Of a stretch of DNA of 64,000 nt, positions 21,594-33,500 are shown in pieces. Numbering within the stretch: the stretch's first letter is position 1; every line of letters begins with the position of its first letter. A program made the position numbers and the translations under genes. The notes beneath the pieces are model-generated. The model saw only the letters and a list, made by a program, of their open reading frames with translations, had not been told where the DNA came from and searched no databases. Source of the stretch: Sminthopsis crassicaudata (Eukaryota); the NCBI RefSeq assembly GCF_048593235.1, contig NC_133619.1, forward strand, positions 616,258,558 to 616,322,557, read 5' to 3'.

Positions 21594-24500
21594 CTGTGCG
21601 GGGAGATGGGGGAGGGAGACAGAGGGAGGTGAGGAAGCTCACTGGGTGTCTGGGATCCGGCTTCGGATCATCTCAAGGCTACTGCAGGGCCCCAGAAGTG
21701 GAGGGTAGAAAGAAAAATGAGGTTCAAGTCTCAGACTCCCTCTGGCTTCAAGTCCCATGATAAATATGGGAAACCATGTTAGACTGGACCTCTGATTTCA
21801 ACAATGCAGGGAACTTCTAGCGTGGGAATTCTCTTCACCAATGAAGATCAGCTACTCCTCTGAAATCTAGGGATTTGTATCCATCTTAAGGGAGATGTAT
21901 GGGCCCCAGAGAAATTATGGTGGCTGGAACTGAAGCACACAGAGCACCAGGCCTGGAGTCATGAAGACCGGAGTTCAAATGTGACCTCACTTAGATGTGT
22001 GACTCTAGGCAAGGCACGTCTCAGTTTTCTCATCTGTGAAGTGGGGGTAACAACAAAAGCACTGGTAGCAAAAGGTTGTTGTGAGGATCAGATGAGACAC
22101 CACAGTACCTGGCACACAGTAGGTGCTATGTAAATGCTAGTCATTATCATTCTTAATAAAATGGGGATAATAATGGCACCTATCTTCCAGGAATGTTGTG
22201 AGATCAAATAAGAATATTTATGGTTTTTTTTAAATAAAAGTAACTGGCACATAGTAGGTGCTATGGAAAAATGTCATTATCATTCTTAATAAAATGGGGA
22301 TAATAATGGCACCTACCTTCCAGGAATACTGTGAGACCAAATGAGAATATTTATGGTTTTTGTAAAGTGCCTAGCACATGAGTAGGTGCTGTAAAAATGC
22401 CATTAATCATTCTTATTAAAATAGGGTTAATAATGGCTCCTATCTTCCAGGAATGCTGTGAGATCAAATGAGAGTATTTATGTTTTTTGGGTTTTTTTTT
22501 TAAGTGCCTGACACATAGTAAGTGCTATTAAAAAATGCTATTATCATTTTTATTAAAATAGGGATAATAGCACCTACCTTCCAGAAATGTTGTGAGATCC
22601 AATGAAAATATGGTGTTAAAAAAAAAAAAAGTCTGGCACATAGTAGGTGCTCTAGAAAAATGCCATTCTCAATTCTTATTAAAATAGGGATAATCATGGC
22701 TCCTACCTTCCAGGAGTAGTGTGAGATCAAATGAGAATCTTTAATTTTTTAAGGGCCTGGCACATAGTAGGTGCTATAAAAAATGCCATTCTCATTCTTA
22801 TTAAAATGGGGATGATAATGGCTCCTACCTCCTAGAGATTTTGTGAAGACCAAACAAGAATTTAATGCCGGCACACAGCCGGTGCTGGCTGAATGTTTAC
22901 CAGTCCTGCCCCAAGGCCCCCCAGTCCCAGAGCTAGCACCTGAGCTGACCCCGGTCTTCCAGACTCCAAGCCCGCAGCACCATAAAGAGTGGAAGCCATT
23001 CCGCTGGCGTTTTCCCCCTCCCCCTGTACTTCTCCCCCCCCCCCCCTCCGGGAGCGTTACCTGGTAGATAGTTCTCCAGCCCGAGGTCAGCGCAGACAGG
23101 AATCGGTCCAGTTCTGTGGTGCAGCTCAGATAGATGACCCAGGGCGGGAGCAGCTGCTGCCGCTCCTGGGAGAACTCCTAAGGGCAGGGCACAGGGTCAG
23201 GGCCGGGGTGCGGAGGTCCCCCTCCCCCCTCCGCTCCTGCGGCCCTCACCAGGATGCAGTACTCCTTGCCCGGCTCAGTGGACACGGCCGCCACGTCGGC
23301 CAGCTCTGCGGTTCCCAGCGAGCGGAAGAAGCTGGTCTGACAGTCCTCGTGGCACGTGAAGAGCCGGTCATCGGTGATCACCAGGCAGCAGGGGAGGCAG
23401 GGGCTGGGGGCCACGCCCTGGGGGATGACCTGGGCCAGAGACAGGGGGGCGGTCAGCGCCTGGCCTCCCCCCCCCCCTCCCGCTCTTCCTTCCTATTGGC
23501 TGGAGGGTCCCGAGAGCGACAGCGGTGGAACACAGATTTTATACTGGAAGGCGCTAGATCCAACTCCCGTATTCTACACACGAGGAAATCCAGGGCTGGA
23601 AAAGCGGGGGGACTTATTCCGACTCCCACAGAGGCTCGGGCAGGATAGAACCCAGCTCTCTAGCTACAAGCAGGGGGCGCCGGCCCAGCGTCCTTCCCGC
23701 CGCCCAGTCTCCCCGGGGCTCCAGTCCCGGGCGGCCCCCGCCCTCCCCGGGGGTGGTGGTGCACTCACTCCCTTAGAGACGGCCTGGCAGAGGTGCTGCA
23801 TCCAGTCGGCCATCTCCAGTTCGTTGTCGGCGCTCAGCTCCAGGGACGGCCGGTCGGTGAGGATCACCTGGAAGGCGTGGGGCCGCTCTGTGGTGTTGGA
23901 CCTTCGGCAGCCGCCACACTGCTCCCCTCTGGGCCAACCGTGAAACAGGTGAGGGAGGGGCGGGGGTGGGGGTGGGGGACCCCAACCCGCCGCCCCAGAC
24001 GCCTCCGCGGCACGGGCTTGTGTGCCACCGCCGAAGGAACCTTTGGGTTCTTTCCTGCCTGTTCTCCCGAAGGCCGCGCCCGGAGTTCTCAGAAAGACCG
24101 GACAGCTCCCTGCCTACGGCCTGCCCCTGACACAGTGCCCATCAACCTTAGGGGCTCCAGAAAATTCCGGGGCTCGCGGCCCGATCAGAGTCTGCCCACG
24201 CTCACACATTCGTTTCTCCCTGTTACAGCTTTCTCCCAAGGATGGAGAGGCTGGGGCAGGAGGCGGCCTCAGTCCCCGTGGCCAGTCTGTTAACCTCTCA
24301 GCGGCCCCGCAACGTCTGTGGACTGCGCAGCACAGCAGCTACTGCCCTGGGGAAGCCTTTCCTCCCCTTGGAGGTCCCAACCATAAAGAAACCACAGGGG
24401 TGGCCTTTCCCTCTGAGACAGGCCTTGTTGGAAGGGAGAAAGGGGGGACATTTAGGTGAGATCAGTTTTTTAAAAAAGGCATCAAAAGCCATCTTGTCTT

Positions 24501-27500
24501 AATAAGACCCTTCCCTACAACGTGGATGATGACTGGCTAGTGAACCTCTGCTTGGATACTTCTCGGGATGGGGAACTCGCTACCTGTCTATCCAGGCAGG
24601 CTGCTCCATTAAGCCCGTAGTTGGGTCCTGGGGCCCTTTCCATGCAGATGGCTTTCACACCTAACTAGGCCCCAAAGCAGGGCCCTGGGGGGATCAGCAG
24701 GGGGCGCTGCCACGCTGCCCCTCCCCCCTCCCCCCCTCTCCCGAATACCTACCCCATGTTCACCGAGAGCAGAGGGATGACATCAGTGCGGTCCGGATAC
24801 TGATAGAGGATGCCGTTGCTGCAGGGCGGGGAGGAGGCGGGGTTAGAGGCGGGGCATCCCGGCAGCAGGGGGCGCCTCCCACAGGACCACCTGCCCTGGG
24901 ATCAGCCCCGAGGGCAGAGGGCTCGGCCGCCCCACCCACCTGAGGACCACGAAGCAGGACTTCCAGTGCTCCTTGCCCAGGTACGAGGTGCCCGCCTTGT
25001 AGTGCAGCATCCCTTCCTTGGTGACCGCGTTCTCCAGGGAGGAGTAGTGGCAGGGGGCCGGGCCCGGGCTCTCGTCCAGGGGGTCCTCCCAGTGCACCAG
25101 CCCGTAGAACCGCACCGTGACCGCGGCAGCCTGAGATTGGGGAGCGTGGGGNNNNNNNNNNNNNNNNNNNNNNNNNNNNNNNNNNNNNNNNNNNNNNNNN
25201 NNNNNNNNNNNNNNNNNNNNNNNNNNNNNNNNNNNNNNNNNNNNNNNNNNNNNNNNNNNNNNNNNNNNNNNNNNNNNNNNNNNNNNNNNNNNNNNNNNNN
25301 NNNNNNNNNNNNNNNNNNNNNNNNNNNNNNNNNNNNNNNNNNNNNNNNNNNNNNNNNNNNNNNNNNNNNNNNNNNNNNNNNNNNNNNNNNNNNNNNNNNN
25401 NNNNNNNNNNNNNNNNNNNNNNNNNNNNNNNNNNNNNNNNNNNNNNNNNNNNNNNNNNNNNNNNNNNNNNNNNNNNNNNNNNNNNNNNNNNNNNNNNNNN
25501 NNNNNNNNNNNNNNNNNNNNNNNNNNNNNNNNNNNNNNNNNNNNNNNNNNNNNNNNNNNNNNNNNNNNNNNNNNNNNNNNNNNNNNNNNNNNNNNNNNNN
25601 NNNNNNNNNNNNNNNNNNNNNNNNNNNNNNNNNNNNNNNNNNNNNNNNNNNNNNNNNNNNNNNNNNNNNNNNNNNNNNNNNNNNNNNNNNNNNNNNNNNN
25701 NNNNNNNNNNNNNNNNNNNNNNNNNNNNNNNNNNNNNNNNNNNNNNNNNNNNNNNNNNNNNNNNNNNNNNNNNNNNNNNNNNNNNNNNNNNNNNNNNNNN
25801 NNNNNNNNNNNNNNNNNNNNNNNNNNNNNNNNNNNNNNNNNNNNNNNNNNNNNNNNNNNNNNNNNNNNNNNNNNNNNNNNNNNNNNNNNNNNNNNNNNNN
25901 NNNNNNNNNNNNNNNNNNNNNNNNNNNNNNNNNNNNNNNNNNNNNNNNNNNNNNNNNNNNNNNNNNNNNNNNNNNNNNNNNNNNNNNNNNNNNNNNNNNN
26001 NNNNNNNNNNNNNNNNNNNNNNNNNNNNNNNNNNNNNNNNNNNNNNNNNNNNNNNNNNNNNNNNNNNNNNNNNNNNNNNNNNNNNNNNNNNNNNACAGAT
26101 CAATATTTATGACAATTCCCACTGTATGCAGAGAGCCAGCAAGCACTAAGCACCTACTGTGTGTGCTGGGCATTCAGGATACAAAGGGAGGGAAGGAAGC
26201 TGGCAGAGCACTGAGCTGGGCACTGGGGAGAAAGCAAGGTTTGGCTAAAATCCATCAGTTAGGGGGCATCCCAGTGCACAGGGTGCTGGGCCTGGAGTCA
26301 GAAGAGCTAAGTTCAAATAAAGCCTCAGATGTTATTAGGGGGATCTTCTAACCTCTGTCTGCCTCAGTGTTCTCAACTGTAAAATGGGTATAACCACAGT
26401 GCCGACCACCCAGCTTGGCACACGGGGGGCACCATGCTGGTTTGTGGTCATTGCTGGCATTATTATTATCTTCATCACCACCGTTATCTGGGGCCTATCC
26501 TCAGGGGAGTACAGTCTAGGAGGGAAAAGCCCCCAAGCCCGTACTCCTCCCCCACTGCCCCCCCCAGGCCTTGGCTGGGAGAACATCCTCAGCTCTCTTC
26601 CCTCCCCCTCCATCTGCCATAGTCCCCTCTCCACATTCTTAGCCTGCAGCTGGCCCCAAAGCTGTGAGCCTCAGCCTCCCAGGAGCTGCTGACCTGCACC
26701 GGTGGGGAGAGTTTCCTCACTGGGGAGTGCCCTTCCTGGCAGTCCCAGGGCTCCTCCCTTCAACACTTCAGGAGTCTTTAGGACACTCTGAAGCTGCTCC
26801 ACCCAGGGCCGGACCTCTCTGTGGCCCAGTTCCAAGCCTGCTTTTGCGGCTTCTTCCCCTTTACCTTTGGAAGCTGCAGCCAAGTTGGCTCCCACTGGCC
26901 TCTCCCCACACTCGGGCTGCCCTCCTGGCCTCCTGCCCAGAGCACCCTCCCCAGCCCCGCTTCTCTGCTTGCTGGAGTCCTTTTCCTTCCATCACGCAGC
27001 TCAGGGGCTGCCTCCTCCAGGAAGTCTCCCTTGTCTCAGCTGAAAATGATCGGGGTTCTCCTGCCTGATACTTCCCTAAGGTCAGTCACAGGGCCCAGGG
27101 GGTTATGGGACTTCTCCATGGTCACCCAGGTGGGAAGGAGCAAACCCCAGGGCCTCCAGCTCGTATCATCCACTGTTCTCTCCCATATAGGAGGGGAGGA
27201 GTCTTGAGGTTGGGGATGGTCCCTTCTGAATCCCCAGGACCAAGGCCAGAGGTCTGCGTGTGCCCTGAGCTGCAGCGGCTCCGATCAGATCCGTTCCACT
27301 CCTTTCTGCGCCCTTCCTCCCCCAGAGCGGCCTCCCGGTCCATCCCCTTCCTCTCTCCCCGGGCCATGGCCCAGGCTACTCCCACCCTCCCACGGCTCGG
27401 AGGTCCTGGTCTCCTTCACACTCAGTGCGAACAAACACCAAGCGTGCCCTTCCGATCTCCCTCCCCAGAAATTCTCTGGTTTGTGTAGACTAAGTATCTC

Positions 27501-30500
27501 TTCCTAGGAACAGGAGTTACCGCTCCCGGGAGAACACAGCTCCTCAAGGCCAGGAACCGTTTTGTTTTTGAAAGAAAACAATGTGAAATAAGACCCAGAA
27601 CCCAAATGGGTTTCCAGTTTATCCTAGAGGCAACAGGGAGCCATTGAAGTTTCTGGAGCCCTCCCTTGCACAGTGGCCAACATTTAATAAATACTTGTTA
27701 GCCCCACCCCCACCCTGCTCCTGGAGTCCCCTCGGAGCAGATCTAGTGCAGAAGGACTGAGAGCTGAGCCATTTGGGGAGGATCCCCCTCCCCCTGCCAA
27801 CTTTAGTAGAGAGAAAACTTCCCCCATGCACTGCCGGGGCCTTGGGTTCCCAGCCCTCCCCCTCGCTCTGCAGATGGACAGCAGACAAATTGTCCTGCAA
27901 ACAGTCCTGGCCCCTGGCCCCATCACTCAGCCCCTTCCCTTCCTCTGTCCCACCCACCCGCACTCCTACCTCACATTTCGATTCCTGGGCCACAAACTTG
28001 GCCAGGGCCAGCTTCTCCATGGTGGCGTCGGTCAGGACGCTGGGGTACGGGGGCTCCCGGCAGCCTTTGATCATCGCTGACTTGAGAGAGACCAAGAAAA
28101 ACCTGAGGAAGGAAGAAATAAGTGCAATAAGAGGAGACCTCTTCAGGGGGATCCAAGGCCAGGAAAAGAAGAAAATGAGCACTTATTAAGCACCTAGGAT
28201 ATACCAGGCACTATGCTAAGCACTTTACATCTCATTTGAACCTCATTATAGCCCTGGACTATTATCACCCCATTTTTACAGGTGAGGAAACTGAAGGAGG
28301 CCTGCCCCAAGTCACTCAGGTAATAAAAGGCAAAGGCAGGGTTTGAACCCAGAGCATCAGTGCCCACTGTCCCCCACTGCCTCCCATCAACCAGCAGCTT
28401 CTCCAGGGAGCAGCCCCAGCTTTTACCTTTGTCCCAGAGCTCAGCAGTGGGTTCTGCACAGAGGGTCAGAGAGCATGGACCCAGAGCCAGAGGGGATACC
28501 TCTCACTATACAGATGAGGAAACTGGGTCCCAGGGGGATTTCGGCTTCCCAAAGGTCACACAGGTGGTAAGAGGGAGAGTCTGATTTTGAACCCAGCTCC
28601 TCTGACCCCACATGCACAAGCACTTAGGTGCCATGTTCTGTGCTGGCTGCTGGGGGTCCCAGACAAACAAAGGGGGGCCTGGTCTCGAGGAGCTGACTGA
28701 GAGGTGGGAGCGGGAGTGTAACAGAGACCATGTGACAGATCCTGGGTCACACGAGAACAGAAGGAACATTGCGGGGTTTGTCCAGGAGGACGGCCTGTGA
28801 GCTGCTCCTGGGTGAGGGACGCCGGGACACGGGTCCTGGATGGGGATGGAACGCTGGAAATGGCAGCTGGAGCAGTGAGACCGCAGTGCAAAGTGGCCAC
28901 GAAGGAATGAAGTGGAAAAGCCCAGAAAGGGAAACTGAGGCAAGAGGGAGCTATCGAAGGTTCCTGAAGGCTGACCCTGGGCTGTGACCTTGTGTCTGGA
29001 CAGAGGGGCTTGGAGAGGAGGAATGTTGTAGAGGGAAGCACCGATAAAATGTGGCAAATGATCAGATATTAAATCCTTTATTTGGCATTCAAGGCCTTTT
29101 ATAATCTTATCATTCATCCTTCAGTCTTAGACCTTACACTACTCCCCACACACTGTGTGTTTGTCTCTTATCTGTCTCTGTCATTCTCTGAGTCTATCTC
29201 CTCTCTCTCTCTGTGTCTCTCTGTTTCCCTTTGTCTCTGTCTGTCTCTGTCTGTGTGGGTGTATGTCCGTCTATCTGTCTCTGTCTCTATCTGTTTCCCT
29301 TTGTCTTTATCTCTCTATCTCTGTCTCTCTGTCTCTATCTTTGTCTCTGTGTTAACCAAGTCTGCGCACTGCCCAGTCTCCATAGTACATCTCCCCCCGG
29401 ACTGACGGCCGAGTCCCAGACCCCCAGCTCTGCTTTGGCCACCCACATGGCCAATGCTCAGTCAATACTCTAAGGGCTGAGGTGTGGTGGATAGAACCCT
29501 GGAGACCCAGGTTCAAGTCCTGGTTCTGGCGTTATTTCGAGTCACTTCCCTTTGTAGCCTCAGTTTCCCTAGCTGACAATTTTTAGAGTTGGACCGGATG
29601 GTCCCCAGTCCGAGGGGGGGGGGGGAATCTTACTCAGCCAGGGTCACGTCAGCCGTGTCCAGAAGAAACTGCTTCCTTCGGTTGGTACAAACGAGTTTCA
29701 CGGTCTGCTGATCCAGGCCCACCTGGTGAAAGCCCCAGAGAGAGCCTGTGAATGTTCACCGAGGATGTGCATCTGTACAAATGTGGGGTTTTGGGGGCTC
29801 CCCGGCACGGGCGGAGGTCGGAAGGGGGGGCTTGGAAGGGAGCCTGGGTCTGAGGCGTCCAGAGCTCCTCGGTGTCAGAGCTGCAGCAAACACCGGGAAG
29901 GGGACCTTGGGTCTCGGTGCCCACAGCCCCGAAGCTGATGTGCTGCCAGGCCTGGCAAAGCCTCTGAAGCTGCTGCCAAAGTAAGTGTGAGTCAGCCTTC
30001 CGACCTTGACCTCAGACGGCCAGGGTAGGGGATGATGGCAGCAAATGCCCTCCTCCAAGGCTGCCCCGAAGGGACGGCAGGCTGGCTCAACTGGTGATGA
30101 CCCGGGGGAGTGGCAGCCTCGTCCCCTGCCATGAGAGCTAATGGGGGAATAATTGGGGACCCCTGTCAGTGTGAACTCACCGAGATGTAGTCCAGCTCAT
30201 TGTAGGAGACCGCCTCTTCCACCAGGTACGGCTTCTCCGTGGCCCCTAAGAGAAGCCAGAGGTCTGTCTCCCAGAGCAACAGTCCCATCCCTTCCCTCCC
30301 TTCCAGCAAGGAGTGGCTCCCTTTGCTGCCACCTGGCCACCAGATTCTCCCAAGAGCCTCTGGGGGAGCCATGGAACGCATCCCTCCAGGGAGTCAGGGC
30401 TGTGCTACCTCCTGCCAATGCATCAGGCTCATCCCAGGAGGAGGGGGGGCTACAGGGGAGCCCAGCCCAGCCCAGGCGGGGGCATCGGAATGGATTCAAC

Positions 30501-33500
30501 CTAACTCAAAGCTAATGCAATCCAGTCTAATCGTCCAACATTTCTTAAATGCCCACTGAGTCCCAGACAGTGTGTTAACTTGGAGATCCAAAGACAAAAA
30601 TAAAATGCCCCAAGGAGTTACAGTAAAACAGTAAATGCAAAAATGGGTACAGTTATTGGGGGGGAGAGGAAATGGGAGAGACACCAGCAAAGTCGAGGAG
30701 GGAGCCCTTGGATCTTAAAGGGAGCGAGGGATTCTGAGAGGTAGACATGAGAAAGGATGGACTTCCAGGCGTGGGGCACCGCCCGGGCAAAAGCAGAGCG
30801 GGGAGACCAAACATCACGCCTGGTGACCTAGTAGGGCTAGCACCTAAAAGGCATCAAGGGGAGTGATGGGACATTGGGCCTCCCCCGCAGCATCAACAAT
30901 CAAGGGAAGTCAGAGCTACCTTTTCGGAGCAGGTAGATATAACAGTCGGTCAACAGCACGTACAAGAGCTGGAGGTTCCCTTCCATATGCCCCGTGCTCA
31001 TACGGATCATCTGGGTGGCCAAAGGGAGAGAAGGCCCCTGCCTGTTAGAGACCAGGGGCTTTCAGTCTGTCCTGGCATCCGTGCCCCAGCCCCCACCTCG
31101 CCCCATGTAGACACAGCTCCAGGTGCTTGAAAGCACTTTGGGGAGAAATCAGAGAAAAGCCTGGACAAAAAGCGGTCGGCGAGGAGATTCCCAGCCAGAG
31201 TCCTAACTTCTAGGCCCTTCTTGCCCAGTGAGTCCCAAGCGGGTCCCAGTTCAGTCTGCCTCAGGGGGCAGGGTGAACCCCAGCTTGCTGGCCCATTACT
31301 TCCCCGATGATACTGGAAGGGTATGAGAGGGGATGCTGACCCGCGCCTCCCCTGCCCCACAGTACCCTGGCCTTGCACCCTGCCCCTTCCCATGGCCCCC
31401 CTCTCTCCCTAGGACTTACCCTGAAGAGCTGCTCTTCGTTTTCCCGAAAGACGTGAATCATCAAGAGGAGTAAGTGGTTGTTGTCGACTCTGTGAGGGCC
31501 GGGGAGAAGGGAGAGGAGGGGGTGAGAAGGGGGCAGGCGGGCGCAGCGCGGCATGCAGAGGCGGGGAGGGCACCGGGGACCGCTGGTCCCTCACTATCTG
31601 GGAAGAAGCCACATCCAACCCAGACAATCCTCCGAGAAGAAAAAACAGCTCCAGGCGGGGCCTCCTGGGGACTCCTAGCTCCATCCACCGCCAACAAAGT
31701 CCCCTGCTCGAGCCTAAATGAAGCCCCCTTAGAAGGAGGGTCCTACGCCCCCCAGGCCCTCCCTGTGCAGGGAGCTGCTGTCTCCAGGTGGGCAGATGGA
31801 GATGGCGTTCTCACCTGAACTCGGACGGGTGACTCATTTCCAGAGGGCTCCCCTGGCCCTCGTCCACTCCGGAGTCCTCCGCGCTGCTCACGCCCGGGCT
31901 GGGCTGCTCCCTCTTGATGGTCTCCGGGGGTCCGGGCTCCGGCTGGGACGCAGGGCACTCTCCGGCCGGCTCAGCTTCTGAGGGGGCGTCCGGGGGTCCT
32001 TCCTGGGGGCCTTCTACAGGGGCAGGTGTCTGTGCGACTTCTTCTCTTCCTCCTTCTCTTCCTCCTTCTTCCTGGCCAGCAGCCTCAGCGCTACCAGGAA
32101 CATGTATCGATTGGCCAGACCCTGTAACGTCATGGTCGCCACCACCTGATGTAACAGCGTTTGGACTCTCGACGGTAAAGCGGTAGAAGTCCATTGGGGC
32201 CGGAATCCCCTCGCTAAAGTTGCAAAATGGCGGCCTTTCCGGGGTGTCCCCGGGAGAGCCGGTCCGAAAGGACTGCCCCGTCACCTCGACGTGGGAGGGC
32301 CAGCCGCCGGGGTCCAGCTGCCCGTTGAGCCGGTCGATGACCTTGCTCAGGGGCTGGCCCACGCTCTCCATGGATGTGTCCTTCATCTCGGGGATGCGCA
32401 GGCCCATCTGGCTCAGCTCCGAGCGGTCACTGCTCCCGGCCGTGCTGCTCGGGCCCTCGCCCCCCTCCTGGGGCGACGTCGGGGCCGTGCTCGGGGGCTC
32501 CGCTCGGGGCTCGGGGCCGTTGACGAAGCTGTCGCCGCTGCCTTGCTTGGTGCCTTTCTCCTGGGCCAAGCTGGGGGGGAGGGGGCTGGACTCTTCTTCA
32601 GACCTGGCCTTCTTCTTCTTGCCCGTTTTCTTCTTCTTGGTGACCCTGGACCAGAGTTACAGGGATGGAGAGGGGCAGATGCTGAGCAGAGCTCTGGGAG
32701 CTCAAAGACCCAGAGCCTCCTGCGAGTGCTCTCCTGGGTGCGCAAGCTAAAGCGGGAGGGCAGGGGGGCATCTGGGCAGGGGAACCCTGCATGAGATCCA
32801 TGGGGGGAGCACCAAGGGGACAGCGGTCATGGGAACCCTGCAGGGAGCCCAACAACACCCCAGGGGGGCAGAAGTCATCATTCTGTGCTGTTAACCTCAG
32901 GATGTCGGGGATCCTGGCTCTGTCGCTTTAAGCAACTAATCATGAATCACAGGGACCTAGATTTTAGCGCTCTTAGGAGACTTAACAGGCTATGGAGTCG
33001 TAACTCCTCATTTTACCAAGAAGGGACCTGAGATAAATAGTCCAAGGTCACACAGCTAGTAAGTGAGAGGTAGGATTCGAATTCAGGTCTTCCTGACCCT
33101 CCCTCTTCCATGTCCAGCCCAGTGTCCAGTGGCATTGCTCGGGGCAGCTGGCAATGGCTAGGTTGTGTAGAGTCCAGGAAGCTGCAGTTAGAAAGTCCTG
33201 AATTCAAATCCTACTCTCAGATACTTACTAGCTGTGCCTCAAAAGCCTCAGCTGTAAAATGGGGATAATAATAGCACCCACAGGCTGTTTGAAGGTTCAA
33301 ACAAGATTCTCTATATAGGGGTGGCTGGATGAAGCATCTGGAGTCAGGAGGACCCAAGTTCAAGTGCAGCCTCAGACATTTAACCCTTCCTAGCTTTGTG
33401 AACCAGGGCAAGTCACTTAATCCTGATTGTCTCAGCAAAAACAAAAAAGAAGGTTCTATCTAGCTATCTACTTCTCTGCTCATCCACCTACCTACCTACC

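Noticed and set aside
24760-26351. Long ORFs of 423-513 aa
   Set aside because: Mostly X residues read through the 943-nt N gap.
31914-32794. Plus-strand ORFs overlapping exon 9 (and similar ones at 22989-24293)
   Set aside because: Antisense shadows of GC-rich coding sequence, with no independent splice or homology support.
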